44,200 nucleotides of DNA, from the NCBI GenBank assembly GCA_013115145.1, contig JAAPAO010000273.1, positions 1 to 44,200 on the forward strand, in the 5' to 3' direction. This DNA comes from Perkinsus chesapeaki ATCC PRA-425 (lineage: Eukaryota > Protista > Perkinsozoa). This document shows, in pieces, positions 24,295-41,074 of this stretch. Under the pieces are notes generated by a model, which was not told the origin of the DNA, searched no databases, and saw nothing but the letters and a program-made list of their open reading frames with translations. Position 1 is the first letter of the stretch. The number at the start of each line of letters is the position of its first letter. The translations under genes were made by a program, and so were the position numbers.

Positions 24295-27125
24295 TGTATG
24301 AGGCATGGGTTGGGTTAGACCCGAAGCCCAACCTGCTTCTTCTAATAGAGCACTGCTTCTACGACGGCATCCGACGAGCTCCACAAGGAGTATGTGAGAG
24401 TTATGCAAGTTGCCTAGAAGTAGAGGCCCAGTTAACGGTTTCGCGTCAATGCGGCAGCGGTATAGTAGGCGGTGGTATGAGACTCGGACCACCATGAGAC
24501 TCATACTATAACTCCCATACTATCAGACTATCGGGTTGATATCACGCGAACCTTCCAAATGTTCAACCCTACGACGACATCCAAGAAGCGATTCGAATCG
24601 CCGGAGAGAAGGCTTTATCTTTCGGTTACTCATCATTGGTCTGTGCTCATATTGCAACGAGAAGTCGGAGAAGGCACTATGATGTTCAGTCCGGAGCTGA
24701 TGATGGCCCCGCTTGAGGGCTCTGGACCAAGCTCATCTGTGGGAACCCTGCGATCGGTGGTCTGTTGACGCGGTCACCGTAACAGACATTACAAGGCAAT
24801 GATTACTGTGCACGCCAACCCTGGTGCCAGTGATAAACTCCCTTGTTACAGACCTGGTCCACTTTGTACCGATCTCATCGTTGGTAGTATTCCTGACAGC
24901 CAGCGATGTAATCATTATTTGTAACTATCTTGGACATAACGATGCTGGTCATCGGATGCTGATAGAAATGCATAGAATGTTTAATCTGACTGTGGCGTAG
25001 TTATCAGTCGCCTTCTAGAAGGGGTTATTAATATCCTTCGATGTTGTTACTATGCAGCTACAGAGCCATTTTGCGTGGCTCAAGTCAAGCGTGCGTAAGC
25101 TGGTTTCAGCCTTCGTAGCTGGTAGCCTCCATATCACGAAAGTGATGTCATTCAGTTTCTTCGTTCGGTAGCGGTTGTCCCGGCCAACTTGGCCGACAGC
25201 TGCAGGGACAGGAAAAATGCTTTGTCTACTTTTTAGGAGGGTCTTTTGTGATACTGTCTATCCGAGTTACATCTGGCACTAGTGAAACCATAGGAAAACG
25301 CAGCGATACATTAACTAAGGACGCAAAATTATGCATGCCTCCTCGGACAGGCTAAACGTAGAGGTTGTCATGGAACCCGAAACTGAACCTAATGCTTCTT
25401 GACATCTACTCTTCCTGACACTAACTGGCTCTGCGTCACTGGAGCATTCCGCCGTGACACCGAGAAGTGAAGCCCTCCCCTCAGATTAGCAAATTCAGTA
25501 GAATTCACCGTAGACCACGGTCCGTGGTAGTTGGATTGAATTCGGTATGCTTCTAGACGAGGTGCTAGGCACGCCGCTGATGACTTATCATCCAGAACTG
25601 TGCCATTCGCACCTTCCAGAGCACCCCTCGTCTTCCCTTGTGACTGCATTATTAGTTCAGTCTCTTACATAATGATTACGATAGCTCCCTTTCTCATCAT
25701 CTGTAAGCTATTGGTTAGAGCCTCGGCCCAGGCGGAGGGAAGTCCTACCGACAGTGCTCTTGGTAACTTCACCGCTCTATTCCTCGAGCATGAAGTCCGC
25801 AACTTCGTGGATGACATGATCCAGAAGGCACGATCTATTCCAATTGGCAGGGTACGCTCGTTGGTCGAAGGCACTGATGTGAGAATGCTGCAAAACGATA
25901 GTGACTACCCTTCCTGTGGGAAATGTGTAAAGGGTCGCGCCCTGATGATCATCAACATTGCCATGCCACAGATCAATAATGAATACAGGCGCCCTCGTCC
26001 TACGGATCAGGTTGTGGTGAATGAATTCTGCAAGTACGTGGAAATGGACATCACCCCTGCCCTCGAATTCTTATTTGGTTATCTTCTCGACCGGTCCCGC
26101 TCGTATGAACTTGCTACTGCTATGTGCGTCGACAATGGCAGCTGCCCGGCGAAGGCTCTCTTGAATAAGTTCGACAAACAGACCAGCCCAGATCGGCTCG
26201 TCGATCTCTCCAACTTTGTCTATTGCCAGCATAGGCCTGATGCGACCTTTTCCGAATGTTCGAAAGCTGTTCTAACGACCATGACAGATGTTGCTGTTAG
26301 GAAAGTTGACGCTGTATGTTCTGCGAAGAACCCAGATAGTGCTTTTGAAGAGTTCTGTTCTTATTATAAGATGAAAGAGAATTTTGGTGGTGGGATGCTT
26401 GTGAGCTTCTTAAGCATCTTCAGTCATGCAGCAGCTCACTGCACTGACAGGAAATGCAGTTAGGCTTAAGTGTGATGAGAAACATATCACGAGTGTCAAG
26501 TCCCATCTGCGCTTGGTGAGCAGATTGCTTCTGAGAACAGTGTGACTGTGAAAAATCAAATATGATCCAGCTCACACTGCCAGGCTGCGTCCTGCTGATT
26601 TTGTATTGAAAGTATTCGAAGGAAGAATCTTGTCTGTAAAACCTCTGAGCTAAAGATGGCTTACTCGATTAGACCTACTCGAGCTCAACTCTTTTCCGGG
26701 TTTAATTTAAACAGAGTTGAGTTCGGCTGCTCAGATCAATTTATTGCTCCCAGCTTCCGATTCCCCATCAGGGAGTCACAGACGTGTTATTCAATAACTG
26801 ATTGAACTCTGTACATGTTAGCGCGACTGCCTCGAGAGTGGACGTTATCGGACCTAGCGTCTCGGATTCTCGCTCTGTCGAAACAGCGAGTGGAGATTCT
26901 ATGTTAAACCGAACACCATCAAATGGTCCATATAAACAACGTGGCAGGATTTGGAGATACAAAGGCGGTCTGAGTCACCTAGCAGCTAGTGTGCTTCGGC
27001 TAATTCACAGTTATGCTTTGCTTCGAGAACAATGCACGTCTGAATTCGGGAGAACATCATATCGATCATGACATTATTGACATATTCCAACATGTATGCT
27101 TCCAGCACTGCTAGCTGCAGTGCTA
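24295..27125. repeat. Tandem segmental duplication, copy B
   Basis: Same orientation as copy A at an offset of about 3.5-3.8 kb. Shared upstream, coding and downstream blocks; the shared tract ends at ...CTAGCTG(T/C)AGTGCTA at about 23455 and 27125. Confidence 0.92.
25672..26463 (+). CDS. Secreted protein with two tandem saposin-like domains, paralog B
   Basis: ATG at 25672 (the ORF-track GTG at 25600 is upstream of it). Clear paralog of A. The third Cys of domain 1 is Tyr, and CAG->TAG removes the last 4 residues. Confidence 0.75.
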   Translation: MITIAPFLIICKLLVRASAQAEGSPTDSALGNFTALFLEHEVRNFVDDMIQKARSIPIGRVRSLVEGTDVRMLQNDSDYPSCGKCVKGRALMIINIAMPQINNEYRRPRPTDQVVVNEFCKYVEMDITPALEFLFGYLLDRSRSYELATAMCVDNGSCPAKALLNKFDKQTSPDRLVDLSNFVYCQHRPDATFSECSKAVLTTMTDVAVRKVDAVCSAKNPDSAFEEFCSYYKMKENFGGGMLVSFLSIFSHAAAHCTDRKCS

Positions 27126-27394
27126 TCGACTTGTAACAGGTTGGACCATCCAACTTGTGGATCTACGTTCATGCCACTACGTCAGGGTCTCGTCTTGTGG
27201 GCCGAGAGTATTCGAATGAAAGAGAGATTATGTTCCTGAGTGGTAAGGACTTCGCAGGCCTATCTTTGTATATCCGAATGTGATTGGTGATTGCTCCAGT
27301 TATTAATAACAAAACAAACTCGAAGGGATAGTTGAACTTTATTGCATAGATAGCTACACTTCACCACCAAGTGACTTGTGTTTTGCAATGCATC

Positions 27395-29183
27395 TCAGTG
27401 AGATGATCTCACCATAATGCATCTACGAAGGCAAAAAGGCTGGTGAATTCTTGTGAAACAGTTTGCTGCATTAGATTGAGATGATCCTTGGTTTCTTGTT
27501 GTAAAATACTTTCGAAGCCGCGGTCTACCGCACTCACACGAAAATCGTACTGACCAGGAGGTTACTTTTACCAGCAATGGGGTAGAAAGGCTCACATTAG
27601 ATTGACTACTTCCATACAGGAGGCTTTCGTTTTCATGGTAAACCAGCTCGGTTATTTCCAGAGAACCCCGGCAAGAGGAGCCTTCTCGGGCAGGAGATAT
27701 CGCGAGCAGAAGGCAGTTGATGAGTTCTCCTGGGTAATCTAGTTTCCGAGGAAAAATCGCAGACAACGATGCAAGTACTAGATACTCGTGCCCCTGACTC
27801 GACAACTTGGCCAATCAGCGGTATTATGCGCCTCACCTCGATGACTCCTGGAATTGCCGTCCGAACATAAGCTCTGTCCATAACTCTTTCCAGTCTGCCG
27901 AGGAATCTCGGGGACGCTCTTGCTAGAAGGACCTCGCATTCCACCAAAGCCCGGTTCGCCAGACGTGAAGGCGTGGCGGGGACGGTCTCGCCCAATGATA
28001 ACTGACGGTCATCAGGAGACCCTTTTTGAGGAGTGAGCCAGTAGCGAGGTTCGTCATCACCGCTGGGACGTTCTACGACAAAGCAGGTAAGGTCCTCCAC
28101 AGGATACCTTGCAGAAAGTAACCTTCCTGAAAGCAGACTGAAAGTTTAGTCTCTCCGGGACTCACTCATTTCGGTTTCACGTTGTCGAGAGGTTAAGCCG
28201 TAGACCGGCGGCAGAGGGGCTCTTGTGTCACACACTTCAAATTCCGGCGGAGGATTCGTGCGTCCTGATCAGCAGCATGAGCGTGGTTCCATCCTATGTC
28301 TCTTACTTCGTTTAGGTGAACTCAGCTCTCCTTCATGTTGCTTCTGCTCAGCTTGGTCCGTCTGTACCCCGCAACTGATCTGCACTGTCATCTCTCCCCG
28401 GCAACGCGAACACAAAGGAGGACTAATCGGAGCGGAGCCTGGCAACAGCTAAGATGAGAAATGAGCCGAAATGCTACCATCTGCGGTTTGCTGGTTGTTA
28501 TCGATTTCCGGACTCGATACGATCACGGCAGTAACCACGCTTTCACTTTCACTTTCGCTAAGAGAAATCGGTTCCTCATTAGGTGAGCAGGAACCTCGAA
28601 AAAGAGGGAGGTTTGGGGTGGAAGTCAGTGGCTCGCCAACCTTGAGGTGATTGCGGCTCTCTGCGCATTCGATGGCCGATGGCCGATGACACTATTTTAC
28701 AAGCTGTGTATTCGAACAAGTCTATAAGGCACTTAAGAACCCAACAACCAGCATTGGATTTGAAGGCATGGAGGGCGTATCATGATTCTTCACACATGAC
28801 TCTTTTCAATTGAACCCATCTGAATCGATGAGTCTTTAGTGCTATCAACTTGTACTGGCCGCGGTAGACATCCAATAAGCTCGAGATCATTCAGTAATCG
28901 ATCAACGTCTTCAATTCGTATAGTCGAGCCTGACAACCTGACAAGAGAGAGTCGCCCCGAGCTGGTCTATCTACGTCGCTCGCGAAGCAGGAGGTCTCGA
29001 ACCATAACGTGCGATGAAAGCGTGTTAGATATCCTCTCTAGATTGACGGTAACTTCCCCTCCGTCACCTGACAAGGAAAATAATGAAAACGAGAAAGCGG
29101 CACAGAAACGGACGTGGTCTTGAGGGAAGGTGGAATATGTTCATAACATCTTCACGAGTGTACTTCCCGAATTTTGGAGCCAT
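27395..29183 (-). CDS. Hypothetical multi-exon protein
   Basis: ATG at 29183 (MAPKFGKYTREDVMNIFHL). Phase-compatible GT-AG exons give VTVNLERISNTL...IEDVDRLLNDLELIG, an acidic/Ser linker, CSRC, and RRLLSARYPVEDLTCF...TAIPGVIE|LSSQGHEYLVLASLSAIFPRK. The 3' end is uncertain. Confidence 0.7.
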
Positions 29184-29319
29184 TTAAAAAAAGCAACTGC
29201 CGAGGGGCCTCCTAGTGACAATAAAACTCAACACTGTTCGTCAAAGGAGACCATGGAGGCGTCGCTACCATGTGCGGAGCGACCATTACGTGCTAAATAA
29301 TTAGAACCACATTATCATT

Positions 29320-34249
<4,930 letters not shown>

Positions 34250-34699
34250 TTCCTTCGCCAATCTACAACCTATCAACGAGCCCGTTACCCATGGGCGAGA
34301 ATTATTCGACTTGTACTAGGAAGCCTTGAAAGCTACCGAAGCAGACGAGTTTCATGCACCAATTTCTAACGGTGGAGAGGACTTATGAGCAAAACGATAA
34401 CGAACGACAATGACACAGTTCCGTGCTGCATCACACTTCTCGAATAGAGTATCTATTATAGTCACCAGTAGATTCATTCTCCCGGAAACATTTTAATCGC
34501 CTAAAACAGTTCACTCTATGGGCTCTCAAGCTAAAAATGTACGTACTTCTAGGACATGGAATATCAAACATCGAACAGTTAAATTACCAACACCAACAAC
34601 AACACCAGTTCCGTGGTATTGACAAACTTCAAACACAAAAGTAGTCCAATGGAGACGCAAATGTGCCTTGGCAAGCCCCATGAGATGGTACAAATTACG

Positions 34700-37600
34700 C
34701 CACACCACAGTACTGCTAGATTTCCGTATCTGGCAATAAGATGATAGAGCCAGGCCGATCAGACGGCCAAGGGGGACCTATGGTTTCGGTAGAGCTTCTC
34801 ATATTGGCCAAAGGAGTCGAGCAGGCACTGAGGGAAGGCGTCAGAGAGAGGGCAGGAGACAGGACGCTTATGATACGAGGGACCTGAGGGGAGTTGGTAC
34901 TTGATAAAATCGAAACTTGTAAACAGAATTTTACTCCTCACCATGCATGGAAGCATGCTCCTTTGGTACAGCGTCAGCAAGTTCGATGGGAAAGTCGGTA
35001 TGAAAACAACAATGCTCACCTCAATATCAGTCCACCGTGATAGCTTCCCTGCCGGCAATAAAGCCATTGTTGACACCTCCGTCGCTTCCTCATCTACAAG
35101 CACCTCCTCCCTCTTCCTTCCTATAGAACTATCCCCCGTGGAGGGGTCTGAGGCCGGATGAATCAGGTACACTGAGATTGATGGTAATGCTTCCCACATA
35201 CCACGGGACCCGAGTAAATGGGCCCCGTCAATGATCGAAACATGATAAAAGCGATGATCGAAGGATCATAAATATAACGATATAAATGAACAAACGGCGC
35301 GCAAAGAACATGATATTTTCAGGCGCAAATCAATATATTGTATTTTACGCAGTTCTCGCAGTACTCGAAGTTGTCCTACCCAACTCGCTCGACATGTCCC
35401 AGATTCAGTCAAGGCATTCACAGTGGTGGCATCTCTGAGTGCAATTTATCAAAGCGAGGCCATGCAGACCTTATTATAGCTACCATACTTCTCTCACCAA
35501 TCACCTTTACTAGAAATCGGCCCTCTACAACCTACAATACCCAACCCATTTACCCCCTACCAGACCGCCGTCCCCGATGACTATCGTTCATCGGCGTAGT
35601 TATTGTCTCATTTCTTTGCTTTACATCTTCCCGTAGTTCCTCAAGTGCCCACCGAAGCCTTTCAACATCTTCGTGCAGCAGCCTCTCCGATTCCTTACGG
35701 TCTAGTAGCTCCTCGCTAAGTGCCTGATTGGGCTGTGTTAAAATGCATGCATGTGACCGTCTACCTATGTGAGCGAAAAAGGAAAATTTCGCGCGAATTT
35801 TCCACTCGCTTTTTGCGTCTTAACTGTATTAATAGGAAATCTTGCTAGTGCGGAGGATACACAACGGGATGCTTTTAAGAGGAAAATATTCACGACAAAT
35901 CTATTGTCTGCAAGTTCCTGCCACGATTCTCCAGTCTTCCGTACACCACCTCTGAAACTCACCGTGACGGTTCGATTGAGCCCTTCAATAACACGTTCCT
36001 GCGTCTCCAACTTAATCTGCATTTCTGTTACTAAACACTTCAAAGTATCCAGCTCATCATTAGTCACCGCCTCTGCAGTGCCCTCCCCGGGGGGCAGGAG
36101 CACCTGCTGCTGCTGAGGGTCACTGGTGAACTAAGAAAGGGTCATCTATCAGTAGACAACGCTCTGTAGCACTCAGTAATACATTCCAAAAGGCCCATTC
36201 CGGCTTGATAGATTTGCAAAGATCTAATTCGGATGTGATACTAGAACACCACTCATATGAGTGAGAGCTATCCCTCTTCCGCTCCCACCACAGCCAGCCC
36301 CCAGCTGACAGCGCTGTCATTCGATAAGGCACATTTATCCATCTCCCGGATGAGGCCAAAAAATTTTCCATTAAAACGAGATTTCCCGGAAAAGTTCATC
36401 GTGAAATCGGGCAACTACGCACTGTGTGATACGAAATTCGTAAAATGCCGCCTTCTATATTACGGCAGGCCAACCCCAATGCCTCCACACATCGCGACCC
36501 TACCATCTTCCCTCGAGGTTGACGTATTCCGCCCAATTCCCCACGCACCAATTCCTCCTTTTGACATTCTGTGTGAGGCGCTGGAGCTTCCCTCTGCACT
36601 ATCGTCCCCTCGACACTGACATCTACAGACTTCTCCTCAGCAGTTTCTGTTGGTGTCTCCTGCACAGCTGGGGCTTCTTCTACAATCGACAACTCTCTTT
36701 TGTCCACTAAGTTAGTCATCTCCAGTATAGCAGCGCTTTGCCCGTCTGAGAGGGGAAATACAGGACAACATTAGGCTCTTCTTATTGGATCATAGGCCAC
36801 CTTTAAGATATCTACCAGCGCCAACAAACTTCCTTCTCCAGCTCTAAAACTACTTCCTAACCAGTGGGAACAACGTGGGAAATCACTAAAGAACTTTACG
36901 AGTTTTTTTTTGCAAAATTTCTCGATTTTTTCCGCTCTTCCCACCCAAACAAATTCCGGAACATATAACCTTTTACCTATACCACACACCCTTTATTGTT
37001 TATTCAATCCGGTTCCTTACCTGAGCCTGCTAGCGTCCCCTCTGCCACCCGCAAACGCTTCATTTCCCCTGGCCGTTCGACCGTCCCTACGATGACATCC
37101 TCCACACTGTCACGCTTTACTTTACCTTCATAAAACTCGCAGGGTGTCGTGTTGCTCCCAGACAGGACTAATACGAGACACGCCTCTCCGCCCGCCAAAG
37201 CCCTATCGCTTATCAGCTCAGACTTGAGGAAGTGCTGTACAGCAGTGAAGCTACAAATGGCAAATACTTTTCACTGCGCCACGAAACTCACCCTTCACTA
37301 CATTATTCTGTCTCTTTGTCGAGCATCCAGAGCCACGCACCATACCCCCACCAGCGGCAATGTGCCTGTCAAGAGCGACAGGAATTTTCGCTCTTGCGAC
37401 TACACAACTTTTTTTGAATCCCGTTGAGATTTCTATGGTTCACGGAACTCTGCAAATCGCAGCGAATTAAGACTTGCTATTGAGAAATTATTAATAATAT
37501 ATATTATTCGATTCTAACGCAAGCGTGTCTCTCGCCCAGTCTATTACTACTCGAATCCAGAGGTTATGAAAAGTAATCATCCCAAAAAGTCTGTTGGCCT

Positions 37601-38623
37601 GTCGTCATACTAGCCCTCACATTTATCGGTTTTATAACTTCCAAGAATATCCTTTCCAAAATTAGCCCATATATGATATGAAAATGTCCTCGTATATGAC
37701 CTCATTACACCCTTCCTATCTACACAAATTACCCTATTTTTTAGAATAACGTCGCCTGGTGGGAGATACCGAGTCCTTCAAGGACATCCCAACACTTACG
37801 AGAAAACTCGTCATTGACTAGCAAGCACACGCACTTCCGGCCAGCATCCAATGTTACGAAACCTAATGAAAACCCGAAACCCAAAACCCGTTTAACCACC
37901 ATACCGTATTCTCCAATAGAATCTGTTAGCATCTGAGGTGTCTCGGACAGCAATCGCGCCGATAGGGGCGTCGGTCGAACTCGCAATGGATACCGCAGCG
38001 GCTTGAGAAACATCCTTGGCAGCGGCGACGCGAGCTCGAACCACAGCACCTCCGGTTGTCTGATGGCCTAATTGCCGCGAAGCGTCGAACACTATTACTC
38101 TGCGCCGACGATCCATTCACTGCCACATACACTGCTGAATGATAGGCATCCATTACTGTCCATTCCAGAGGGCTTTAGGGGCGAATCTGATGTTGGCTGT
38201 AGCCCCAGGCAGCTGTATAGTAAATACCAGTGTTTATCCGAACAGGCACTGATCCATGGGAGCAGCCTCTCCCTTCATCGACCTCAATCATAATATGGGG
38301 GCCGTCACCACTGCTTTGAGAGAATCTGGCAACCTGGCCGGACAAGCCTGGCCTTCCATAGGCCCCAAAGGTCCCTACAATGCCTTGGCTACTGTCACCA
38401 CTTGCCATGCGTTCCACTAAAGCTCTTGTTATGTAGACTGCATAGTGACAAAGGATGTCCTCGAGACAAAGCATTCTAAAGAGCGATATACCGATAAAGA
38501 TCGGCGGTGACGGTACATTTTCCTCCGCTGGTCATCTACAGTCCGATCCCAAAGCACAGCTCTTGTTGCTGGGAACTTTATACTGTTATCACCTGTCGAG
38601 GAGGAGGAATGTGCAGAGGGCAT
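34700..38623 (-). CDS. STIL: STIL_N-domain protein (STIL/SAS-5/Ana2-like centriole assembly factor candidate) with C-terminal coiled coils
   Basis: Spliced exons give, in order, IKFPATRAVLWDRT, EYG|FVTLDAGRKCVCLLVNDEFS|RTLPLVGVW and FTAVQHFLKSELISDRALAGGEACLVLVLSGSNTTPCEFYE. These match recalled human STIL N-terminal blocks [43 protein letters not shown] and CLRYIFNSSVQERVF...FIIVLYS...PEFYEC. Coiled coils lie at about 35960-36070 and 35580-35730. The 3' end is approximate. Confidence 0.82.
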
Positions 38624-39607
38624 AGGAGAAGGGATTTATTTATAGGTACCTGGAAGGGAAAGAAATAAGTATATTATTATTGATACGATTGATAAGCAAT
38701 AACGGTCGAGCTACTCAACTTCAGTAACCATTGTGAACTTCTCTGTAGCGTTTACTATTAACAAAAAGAACGTACACTCTCTATTGTAGCGTTTTAACAT
38801 TAGAAATATTCCTTTTTAAAGGTGTCGCAGGATCCATTAAACCTGGTAGACCGGTCCACTAAGGATTGGTATAGGATAATAATAAGATTTTCAAAACATT
38901 AAAAATATACCTTCACGCGCCGTTGAGATATTAACAACACTATACAAGTAATTCATGGAGAAACTTGTGGCAGTCTTAGAAAGGATGACTCGCACTGGTA
39001 GTGGTGGGATGCAGCGCAGGGGAGAGAAGAGTCCAGCTTTGATAGTCCATTAAATCACTAATCTTCAAGAGAATCATTCAGTCGAATTCAGTATTGCTCT
39101 TTATACGTACCAGAAGCGCATTACTATAATGAAATGCGTCCTTGAGAGATACTGTTAATGGTTATACTCACCGCTATCAGAACAGGGTTACCGAAGAGGA
39201 GACAATTATGGACAGCACCGTTCAATTAATCGTTCCAGATCTAAAGGAAGGATTCTGAATTAGATCATGCAAATGCCAAGCTTGAGCTAGGATTCTCAGA
39301 TTCCCCACTAAGTTCTACAAGTCGGTGAGCACGGAATTAAGTGGACGTCTCAAGCATGGTAGCGGGCAGGTTTCGGCATTTCAGAAGATAACAAGTGACC
39401 GCCGATGGGAATCGATCTTGCGCCCTCGCGGAGTACAAACGCGCAGACTAACCATTACACAAAAAATTCCGCTTGACGGTCGCGCATCCTATGAGTGTCC
39501 GTCTTCGTTGAGTGTTGCAAACCGATCCCAAAACTCAGCAATTAAACGTTAAATCCGCCAAGCTACTTCTTTGTATCAGCCTTTATTACCAATCTTGTGT
39601 GAAGTGT

Positions 39608-41074
39608 ATGTCTCCTCCACCGACCCTTCCTCTGTTCGCCACTGACACTGAACTGACCTTTTCAGACGAGCCCAGACTGCCTATCCCGGGACCCGTTACG
39701 GCCGACTTGGTGTTCTCAGATGACATACCGGTCGTCAAAGTTGTTAAAAAGGAACGGCCACCTCGAGCACCGGTGGCCCAGCCCAGAAGGAGAAGGGCCT
39801 CTCAGAAGGCCAAGGCTGCGGCGGCCGCTCGCCAAAGAGATCCTCACTACCAACCTTTGAAGTTCAACAAGGATTTCAAACTCGTAGATGAGCCCGAGGT
39901 CGCCGCGACGCAGTTAAAAACTGCCGCCGGTCCGCAGCCGAAAAGCTCCTCTAGCTCTGGCCATCACCGACAAGCCTCTTCCTCTGTCGAACAGGACAGT
40001 AGTGGGAAATCAACACCGATGGTTAGTGATGATGAAAGCTATGCTCCGTCAAGGACGGGAAATAGAAAGAGGGTAAGGGGGACTCTCTGTTGGCAACCGA
40101 TGTGAGCATGCCGTGGGCCTTAGCAATACTTATAGGGAATTTTGGTGTCGAATGTTCTATTTTGTTGGAATCAATCAAGAAGAATTTTAATACAAGTTGT
40201 CTTCGTTCGCCGATTCGTTCGATGGATATTCACTCAATCGGTGCGAGTTTTGGATTCCCCATTAGAATCGGAAGGTCCAACTTGGCTGCCGAACATGCCG
40301 AAATATCAACGCCCATATGAGGCAACAAAAGTTCGGGAAAATTTTCCGATCGGTCCATTCTTTGCATTTCTCAACTTTGGTGAATTTATTCGACGAAATT
40401 GTATAGGTCAGTGAAGGAAGACCAAAAGGCCCTATTTCAGTACCGGGCATTATTCTTCCCACCAACCCGCTTTATGCATTATTTACCAATAGCAATACTC
40501 AGTATTACACACGGCGCTATTGTCAGTCACGTAAAGGAAGAGTTCGCTCAAGGAAGCTTCGATCTGTCGAGGACAGCGTCTCCAGTGGCTTCGGAAGCGA
40601 TGACCAGACAGAACCAAAGCACGGTCTCCTTTCAAGCACGCTCATGCCCTCTTATAAACCAGTCACGCCAAAGCCCGCTGCCGGAAAGCCCCTCCCGCCG
40701 CGACGTCGGCGCGAACCAAGCATGTACACTCCTTTAAAGGAGTTCCTGTATAACGGCCTAGACGCCAGCAAACGGAAAGGTCACGTTTGCGAGGAGGAGA
40801 GGACTGAGCACGAAAAAATGGAGGTACCTCCGCCACAGATGGTTCCAGGAGGTCAAAACCGTTTCAGATATCTTCACTACGCAGTAAGCTGGCGAGTCGG
40901 ATACATGCCTTGGAGACCTACATGGCAACGGCCTCGCTGGCGGCTGTAGGTCAGAGGATGGAAACCTATGACACCGTCGAGGCTGAGGTTGGAGGGACAG
41001 AGAAGGCGGCGGGTGTAGATATTGTACCGGTTGTTAAGAACAAGCGAAAACGCAGACGTAGAGGGTGCCGCTGA
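39608..41074 (+). CDS. Basic, Pro/Ser-rich low-complexity protein (probably nuclear), multi-exon
   Basis: ATG at 39608; exon ends NRKR|GTAAGG at about 40072; acceptor TATAG| at about 40408; open frame through 40885. Several Arg/Lys clusters (PRRRRASQK, PRRRREP, KNKRKRRRRG). The last exon frame is uncertain. Confidence 0.6.

Noticed and set aside
25064-25084. Spliced-leader-like string AGCCATTTT-GCGT-GGCTCAAG about 590 nt upstream of saposin paralog B
   Set aside because: It needs a 4-nt insertion, lacks the 5' CCGT, is far from the ATG and is absent from the equivalent position in copy A. Chance is the simpler explanation, although a genome-wide SL-relic scan would be cheap.
27633-28100. Resemblance to the BEL/Pao integrase C-terminus (LGRLERV...AYVRTA...IIPL)
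   Set aside because: The segment is embedded in a gene with canonical phase-compatible introns; the IIPL part is probably intronic; no RT, RNase H, integrase core or LTRs lie nearby.
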